A DNA stretch of 32,000 bases from Acidianus tailed spindle virus. Both the position numbers and the translations under genes were made by a program. Within the stretch, counting starts at the first letter, position 1; each line of letters opens with the position of its first letter. The stretch lies in sequence record NC_029316.1, one strand, 5' to 3'. The notes beneath the pieces were generated by a model. It was not told where the DNA came from and made no database searches. It saw only the letters and a list, made by a program, of their open reading frames with translations. Below are positions 26,501-32,000 of the stretch, one piece after another.

Positions 26501-29500
26501 ATAGCGAGATTCAAAAGCTCAATAATCAAGTAAATCTGCTGAATAATTTGCAGAATAGAATGGATAATTTGCAGAATTTAATGAACCAAATAAATACGCA
26601 ATATACTACTCCGCAGTCTGCAGAGTCACTTACTTCTAATTTAATGAATCTGTCGCAGAAAGCTATGAATTGTATAAACTGCATAAAAAACATTTATGCA
26701 CAGCTGGGACAGAGCGTCCCTAATTGCCTTTGTGATATGTACAATAAACTTAACAGTATATATACAAACGCAAAGAATGAGTACGAATCCCTGACATATC
26801 AGAACACAAATTCGTCGAACATATTAGTAGACCTTGTAAACGCAATAAGCGATACAGCAGAGAATGTATATGCGAATCTAGCGAGTGTTGTAGGTACTGC
26901 GTTTAATGATGCAATGAACGACCTCAGCAATTTCATCACCTCCCATATACCTGGCTTACTTGGTCAGATAATAGCTGGAGTAGTAATAGGGGCGTTATTC
27001 GTAGTTGCACAACTAGTCCCAGGTCTTGATGTAGCTGTAGACGTTGCAGGTGTTTTGTCAATAATCGCTAGTATACAAGACCTATATCTACAAGGAGTAA
27101 GCAACCCTATCCAGATAGCAAGTGACCTTGCTCATGCATTCCTATCCCCAGAATCTATAGCTATGGTAATAACTGGTATACTAGGTGGAATAGGAATAAG
27201 TAGAGTATTAGCTAGCAGAGTATCACCGCTTACAACAAAATTATCAACAGATATTAAGGACGTAGGTGACGACGCAGTAACTGACATAGGGACTAAGGTT
27301 GATACGCTTATAAAATCCGTTGAAGATTCGGTAAAAGACGATATAAAGAATAACACCGTAGTTGAAGATATCAAGACCACATTTGATGACATTAAAGCTA
27401 AGTTCGATAATCTCACTACCGACCTCACAAAGACTGACTTTGCGAAAGATGTAACAACAAAGTTCGACGAATTTGATGCTAAATTCAAATCTGTAATAGA
27501 TAAAATCTCCACAAAGCTAACAGAGCCAAAGGAAGTAAAGCTAAGCACAGATGATTTACAAATAAGCCCAACAGAACTAAAGATATTGCAGTTAGAGAAG
27601 GAAATTTTATCGAATAAGGAGATAATTTCCGTAAAATCCCTCGATGTAAGCGAGATAAAGGACTTCCTAACATACGAAACTGGAGAAAGGGAGGCTACAC
27701 TTATAGGTAAAATAAATGAGTCTATTGGAGAAGGAGAAGTATCTTCTAAGCTTATTATAAACAAGGAAGGAGAAATTGGCGTAACAACACCAGAATCCCA
27801 AGCGTTGGTCAAACCTCCTACTGAAACCTCTCCAGGAGAAATAATAACGAGGCAAGCAAACCTCATAAGAGAAACTCAGGGTGCTAAAGTCGTAACTGCA
27901 AATATTGAGAACGGCAAGGTAATTTACAGCGAGGTAGTACAGGGAATAGGCGATATGATACCAGTCCTCAAGGACGATATTGCTAAAATTGTTACGGACA
28001 AATACACAACATTACAGAATCTGTATGCAGAAAAAGGAGTAGAACTACCAGACAGCGTTTCTAGGATAATATTATCTAAATTACAGAACTTACAGAGCGA
28101 AATAAACTCACTTATATATACATCAACAGACGACCTTAACGGAGTATTAGGTACGTTAAAAGACATTGCAGGCAAACTAGAAGGAACAAAGTTTGAAGAT
28201 TTAATGTTGCAGAAATTAGAAGCGATAGAAGGGAACTTTGGGCATGAACAATTATTCGCTAACTTGATTACCACTATAGAAGATGTTAAAGATTTAATTA
28301 ATATTGCGATTAAATCGGATCCGAAACTGGCAGATTCTCTTAGCGGTGATCTAGACGACTTGGATTCATATTTATCATCTCTTGAAGACCTAAGCAAAAA
28401 CTTGAACGACGTATATGATCGTCTGGGCGACCTTACAAATGCGATCAAAAAGCTCAGCCTTAATACGGACTTACTATCTGTTATGAAAAAACTTGACATT
28501 AACGATTTAAGCAACTTGGTAAGTGACTATCTTGACGGCAAGGTTACAATAGATGATTTAATAAGCAAAGTATACGATGAAGCTTTCAATAAGCTTAAGA
28601 TCGTTGGAGACAGCCTACCACCCGATTTAGGCAAAGCGTTTATGAAAGTTGTTGATGATATTAAGAACACACCAAACAAGTTGGACGCACTACACGATAT
28701 TGACGATCTCGTCACTAAATTTGAAAAGTTCAAGGACACTGTAACAGATATGGAAAATGTAGATCCCGAACTCTTCAGGAAGTACCTGCAAGGAAATATA
28801 AGCCTATTTCAGTTGTTAAATGATGTAAAGATATACGGAGATGACTTAACAACCCTGAGGCAATTGATAAAGCTAGAAGGAAAAGATGCAGAGATGTTAG
28901 ATAATCTATATATTAAGCTAATAGAGAAAATGGAGAATGACGGCGAAGTTCCTCTAAAATCCAGAGTAGAAAGCCTAGGTAATGATAAAGCGTTACAAAA
29001 ATTCTTAGTTGAAGCGATTAAGAGCGGTAATAGTGAAGTTGTTAATCTACTTGAGAAATATTTAACTGGAGACCTTACAAAGAACGACCTAGTAGACAAT
29101 TTAGGTATAAATGTTAAGGAAGGAGAGCTGTCTGCACAGCTCAAGCTACCAACACAGAACAGTATCAAAGTTTATGAGAGTCTAGAAGAGGAAGTAGGGA
29201 AAATCATGGAGAAGTATTTAGACGCACTGGAGATTTTAGACGAGAAAGACCCTAACTCCATATATCAGATATTCAATGACGCTGTAGACAGACTTGCACA
29301 GGACAACAATTTTGACGTAGAGGATTTCATAAAAGACCAAATAATGACGAGGCTGAGGAGCTACCTTGAGGACTTTGAGGACGACTTTAGGGCTCTTCAC
29401 CTCAATAAACTAGAAGATTTCCTGAAGGGTGTAAACGTTTCCCTAGAAGATATTATAAAGGACATAAAGACTTTAACAGACTTTAAGGAGGTATTTAAGG

Positions 29501-30333
29501 ACATAGATGAAGGAAAAATAGAAGACGCAATAGATAAATTAAAAGGGATGACGTATAACGACGTAGCTAAGGATCTATTAGAATTCTTAACTAAGGCGTT
29601 AGACGAAATAAAAGCAGAAAAAATAACTCAGATAGCGTCTAATTTAGGCGTAGACGTAAAGAGCATAGAATCTTACGTCAACAGCACTGATGTTGCAACT
29701 CTAACTAACGTACTCAGCGAAATCTCAGTAAAGAATATACCAATCAACCTGGAGGATATAAATATAAGCACAAAGTTAGACCTCTTATTCTTCATCAGGC
29801 AAGTGCTCATCAAATTAAACAAGCTTGAAATTGAAGACAGTGCAGTACTCACACAAATAGCAACGATACTGCAGAAGTACGGGATTTTGACGGAGAACGC
29901 AACTAACTTAACAGTAGGTCAGTTACTTTCGTATATCAACGACTATATTTACGATACGGATATTTCAGTCCTCGTTAACGATCAATTCGGCAATATAATT
30001 AACGATGTTAACAGGATACCTATAAAGCTTAGGAGAAAGTTCAAACTGCAGATCTATCCAATTAACGTTAATAGTAGTGTAAGCTCTACCACACCACCAT
30101 CATCAGTATCTGAAACAATACCACAAGTCAATACTCAGACAACATTACAGAATCTGCAAACCACCACAACAATAACCCCACCAACTCCGACACCCCCACC
30201 ACCTTCACCTCCACCTAACAATAACAACAATAATAACAACAATAATGAAAACACACCTGTGATTATAAATGCACAAAACAATACATCCACTCCAGTGAGC
30301 GGAAAACAACAGAAACAGATACTAATAATTTAA
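23593..30333 (+). CDS. Giant (2246 aa) probable structural/tail-associated protein
   Basis: Single uninterrupted ORF: helical tandem modules at the N-terminus, hydrophobic core, long coiled-coil-like C-terminal half and a P/T/N-rich tail. Very large structural proteins are known in bicaudaviruses. Confidence 0.85.
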   Translation: MSEAVANTVLNNINVVDGLLNDYQPIPNPPSLPPSIPQGEVDRILAQYYGSLYKYYYQYEPVASSDIKLLKKVVSILKNTIKLAENLKNDNLVQTLNQYLSNYENALSGLRSFAKVNPSVFELLSTAYSNLAQIQNFPQLPQSPSNPSLSTLVQYYAELASYYQQVKEIAKEDIQKINNAIMNFQQAGANISKLTSVLSQYKEIYKEAPEFSQFYSALAEVYNFLTQYANIPKPPKPPEIEKSQAIPLHNNPCFEELAQYYAELSSWFSENEKNIKNNISVLSNAISTLKSAISIGQSLGVDVSSLQQSLECYCNSLKQLESLNNPNYAQFYSALSNAYSCLAKFINLPDLPTQPENPTAEQVSEYYAELSSWFSENEKNIKNNISALSNAIPELNSAISIGQSLGVDVSSLQQSLECYCKIEKSLEKLTSKDYAKIYGKLSKAYEAIAQAEDCMQSGNYQSAYDILTSALQSLFEIETGNIGKHVGRAEMETAQTNPSSYTPPPTPPSVNECCECAIKLMWNMAGASYHIAVANNIMQGLNVGQIKSLAEASSYFTSLKEALANVIPQLSTANQYLQALNSQPIDIGDYNNAYQIASILADGFTTLNNVVTELNNTVSKSDPNEAIKTIEQLKEQVAKYTNVTYEASGTVSQQVAQAVPSLTQTAQCVCTTLTALQEIEQLEAEAQDMLNNLPQPPSNSTYANTANYYQSTSTIFTRVSSLYSQASAIASQVQSLSSASEQLSQYAQYYSVVGKAYSYLAQAYDELCNTNNTQSFEGLASIYKTANDLVSKAIDCLCNNKINNEQIEQCVQKLAHCLSDFNHHLYYLYEFYSYMHSHHSELNYIINTLNGYMQNVPFSQSEGYNLVKSGNPRQQIINKYLEPVQSKLNSLVSGMNGDIQQIFMQNYGNKLNCLITALSYYLTAVAYLDSAQCSHSSIPTVVSYLQNAESCFKNAVPYFKNIGGDVSQLYSEIQKLNNQVNLLNNLQNRMDNLQNLMNQINTQYTTPQSAESLTSNLMNLSQKAMNCINCIKNIYAQLGQSVPNCLCDMYNKLNSIYTNAKNEYESLTYQNTNSSNILVDLVNAISDTAENVYANLASVVGTAFNDAMNDLSNFITSHIPGLLGQIIAGVVIGALFVVAQLVPGLDVAVDVAGVLSIIASIQDLYLQGVSNPIQIASDLAHAFLSPESIAMVITGILGGIGISRVLASRVSPLTTKLSTDIKDVGDDAVTDIGTKVDTLIKSVEDSVKDDIKNNTVVEDIKTTFDDIKAKFDNLTTDLTKTDFAKDVTTKFDEFDAKFKSVIDKISTKLTEPKEVKLSTDDLQISPTELKILQLEKEILSNKEIISVKSLDVSEIKDFLTYETGEREATLIGKINESIGEGEVSSKLIINKEGEIGVTTPESQALVKPPTETSPGEIITRQANLIRETQGAKVVTANIENGKVIYSEVVQGIGDMIPVLKDDIAKIVTDKYTTLQNLYAEKGVELPDSVSRIILSKLQNLQSEINSLIYTSTDDLNGVLGTLKDIAGKLEGTKFEDLMLQKLEAIEGNFGHEQLFANLITTIEDVKDLINIAIKSDPKLADSLSGDLDDLDSYLSSLEDLSKNLNDVYDRLGDLTNAIKKLSLNTDLLSVMKKLDINDLSNLVSDYLDGKVTIDDLISKVYDEAFNKLKIVGDSLPPDLGKAFMKVVDDIKNTPNKLDALHDIDDLVTKFEKFKDTVTDMENVDPELFRKYLQGNISLFQLLNDVKIYGDDLTTLRQLIKLEGKDAEMLDNLYIKLIEKMENDGEVPLKSRVESLGNDKALQKFLVEAIKSGNSEVVNLLEKYLTGDLTKNDLVDNLGINVKEGELSAQLKLPTQNSIKVYESLEEEVGKIMEKYLDALEILDEKDPNSIYQIFNDAVDRLAQDNNFDVEDFIKDQIMTRLRSYLEDFEDDFRALHLNKLEDFLKGVNVSLEDIIKDIKTLTDFKEVFKDIDEGKIEDAIDKLKGMTYNDVAKDLLEFLTKALDEIKAEKITQIASNLGVDVKSIESYVNSTDVATLTNVLSEISVKNIPINLEDINISTKLDLLFFIRQVLIKLNKLEIEDSAVLTQIATILQKYGILTENATNLTVGQLLSYINDYIYDTDISVLVNDQFGNIINDVNRIPIKLRRKFKLQIYPINVNSSVSSTTPPSSVSETIPQVNTQTTLQNLQTTTTITPPTPTPPPPSPPPNNNNNNNNNNENTPVIINAQNNTSTPVSGKQQKQILII
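24373..24853 (+). repeat. Near-identical internal duplication in the giant gene (24373-24535 and 24691-24853)
   Basis: YAELSSWFSENEKNIKNNIS(V/A)LSNAI...SAISIGQSLGVDVSSLQQSLECYC occurs twice at a 318-bp (106-codon) offset. Confidence 0.9.
30250..30263. promoter_or_regulatory. Dispersed palindrome (copy 10, inside the giant gene's 3' end)
   Basis: AACACACCTGTGAT, ~65 bp upstream of the TATA-like box of the 30359 gene. Confidence 0.4.
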
Positions 30334-30358
30334 ATACTCTTTTTCCGTTCTTCTAATT

Positions 30359-31144
30359 ATGAATGAAAAAATAACTGTAATTTTAACCCTCAGAATGCAA
30401 AAAGTCCCTACACCCGAAGAGCTCAACCGCTCTTTTTACAAACTCTTCCACATCAAGACATCTTTCAAAGAGAAACCGTTACCTTCTACTGAGGAAGTTA
30501 AGAAAGCGTTCTACACTTTCATCAACTCCGATCTTGCAGACTACATGAAAAAGTATGGAATTAATAATGATGTAATTACCTTTTATACACATACAGAACG
30601 TTATATAAAATGGTTTAATGAACTTTTTAATAGCAAGAACTTCACGATAGAAGTAAAAGGAAGCATAATTATTCTAAAGTATGTTTTAGATAACGAAAAC
30701 GAAATAAATGTGCTACTGCTACTGCACCACATTATAGACCCAGGTTACGAGGGGACAATTTTTACAGATTTTGGCAACATTCGTTTCATTGCTAGTGTTA
30801 TAGCGGAAGCGATAAGGAAGTATATATCGCGTGATATCTCTGTTTCCAATAATTTCTTAGTTAAGATTAAGGAAGGAGACTTACCAGACGAGGCGAAAGA
30901 ATTAGTGGAGCAGATACCAAAAGAAGGAGGTTTTGCGGTTGCTCGTGAAGGAAAAGAACTCAGACAAATACCAGGCATACCTTTCTACAGGCTAACTATA
31001 AGAGGAAATCATGTAACATGTTATGTATTTGGGTTTGAGCGTGGCTTCGCATGGTACGGTAATCCTGCAGAGGAGAAGATACGTGAAATTAAAGAGAAAC
31101 TTAGGCAAATCATGCGTGAAAGAGGATATATTAAGTATGTCTAA
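30359..31144 (+). CDS. Hypothetical protein
   Basis: 261-aa ORF; TATA-like taatttaaatac at ~30326-30337 gives a near-leaderless start. Confidence 0.65.
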   Translation: MNEKITVILTLRMQKVPTPEELNRSFYKLFHIKTSFKEKPLPSTEEVKKAFYTFINSDLADYMKKYGINNDVITFYTHTERYIKWFNELFNSKNFTIEVKGSIIILKYVLDNENEINVLLLLHHIIDPGYEGTIFTDFGNIRFIASVIAEAIRKYISRDISVSNNFLVKIKEGDLPDEAKELVEQIPKEGGFAVAREGKELRQIPGIPFYRLTIRGNHVTCYVFGFERGFAWYGNPAEEKIREIKEKLRQIMRERGYIKYV

Positions 31145-31186
31145 ACAAACTACAAACACCACTTCAGGAAGTCGATAATTTTTCTA

Positions 31187-31200
31187 ATCACAGCTATGAT
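31187..31200. promoter_or_regulatory. Dispersed palindrome (copy 11, one mismatch)
   Basis: ATCACAGCTATGAT, upstream of the 31356 gene's promoter. Confidence 0.45.
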
Positions 31201-31355
31201 TGCTTAATAGTCCAAGAGTTATTGAGCTTAGAATGTGGTTACAGAAGCTAGGGGGTTAAGTGGTGGAAAGCCTCACCAGGGAATGGATAGCCACCTTATA
31301 GAAACCTTTTTAAACACGAAATTTATTTTTTAACTGAAACAAGGTTGGAACAAAA

Positions 31356-32000
31356 ATGGAAATAACATATTTCCTTTGCAAATTTTTAGAAGAAAATAAG
31401 GTTTTTGAAGGAAGGTTTAGGGCATGTAGAGGGTACATATATGTCGGAAATAACGTAAAAATTGGGGAAGAATATGCGGGGTATAAAGAGGGGTATATAT
31501 GTAGCGAAGAAATAATATGGAAAAAAGACGGTACGTTAGAATGGAGACGTCGTAAGTTAAGAAAAAGGACATTAGAAATAGTTGAAGAGATCAGACCTTT
31601 ATGGGGGTTAAAGATAGATGACATATACCTAAAGGATATTGATGAAGATATACATATAAAGGTCAACAGATTTCAGTATAAAACGTTCTGGAAATCGAAG
31701 TTCATCATAGCCGAAGCTGAGGATAACAAATATATAATCGTAGATAATCCTTATCTAGATAGTATAAAAAAGGAAAAATATATTGAAATTGATATCAAAA
31801 AGGGAACATATCCAGTAGTCAAGGTGTATAATAAGGAGTATATGTCTGAATATTTAGGGGTGATTGGGAAAATTATATTACATGAATATCATGGTTATAA
31901 TCCGGCATATGAGGACTATCTTGCCACTTTATTTGTTCATTATGTAGGGTATTTATTTAGTTTAAAAGAGAAAAGTGGTAAAGATATCGCAAGATTATAA
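31356..32000 (+). CDS. Hypothetical protein
   Basis: 214-aa ORF ending exactly at the window end with TAA; TATA-like ctttttaaacac at ~31307. Confidence 0.6.
   Translation: MEITYFLCKFLEENKVFEGRFRACRGYIYVGNNVKIGEEYAGYKEGYICSEEIIWKKDGTLEWRRRKLRKRTLEIVEEIRPLWGLKIDDIYLKDIDEDIHIKVNRFQYKTFWKSKFIIAEAEDNKYIIVDNPYLDSIKKEKYIEIDIKKGTYPVVKVYNKEYMSEYLGVIGKIILHEYHGYNPAYEDYLATLFVHYVGYLFSLKEKSGKDIARL

Noticed and set aside
27132-29168. Several minus-strand ORFs of 62-244 aa inside the giant gene
   Set aside because: They are antisense to a 2246-codon ORF with good coding character. Their Ser/Phe/Leu-rich composition is typical of reverse frames of D/E/K-rich helices.
31356-32000. HEYHG in the last ORF considered as a zinc metalloprotease motif
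   Set aside because: It is not HExxH and no other metalloprotease signature was seen.
1-32000. Search by eye for tRNA genes, an integrated att site, transposase or IS ends, CRISPR arrays
   Set aside because: None was convincing. A tRNAscan-SE run would be needed to exclude intron-containing tRNAs, and the full genome would be needed to find attP.

Overview
No host housekeeping, rRNA or tRNA genes were recognised. The window looks like an internal piece of a large crenarchaeal (Sulfolobales-type) spindle/tailed virus genome, probably related to the Bicaudaviridae or large fusellovirus-like group (ATV/SMV/STSV). This rests on family-level recognition, not on a database search. Recognisable proteins are: a ParB-like protein, an AAA ATPase, a DUF2079/GT-C-like membrane protein, a GT4-type glycosyltransferase, a Ser/Thr/Pro mucin-like protein, a probable P131-like major coat protein, a PNKP/HAD-type phosphatase, a bacterial-type (class II) CCA-adding enzyme with an HD domain, a ribbon-helix-helix protein (not in the ORF track), a PAPS-reductase-like PP-loop protein, a tyrosine recombinase and a 2246-aa probable structural protein. 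Main observations: (1) a bacterial-type CCA-adding enzyme and a PNKP-like 3'-phosphatase in one archaeal virus, suggesting a tRNA/RNA end-repair module; (2) eleven dispersed copies of a 14-bp palindrome, AWCACANNTGTGWT, mostly upstream of TATA-like boxes and clustered around a repeat-rich noncoding region that could be an origin or centromere; (3) a second promoter-proximal element family; (4) a duplicated promoter plus 5' end of the CCA-adding gene with another gene between the copies; (5) an in-frame UGA at codon 13 of an otherwise well-formed leaderless gene; (6) a double palindromic operator upstream of the RHH gene.
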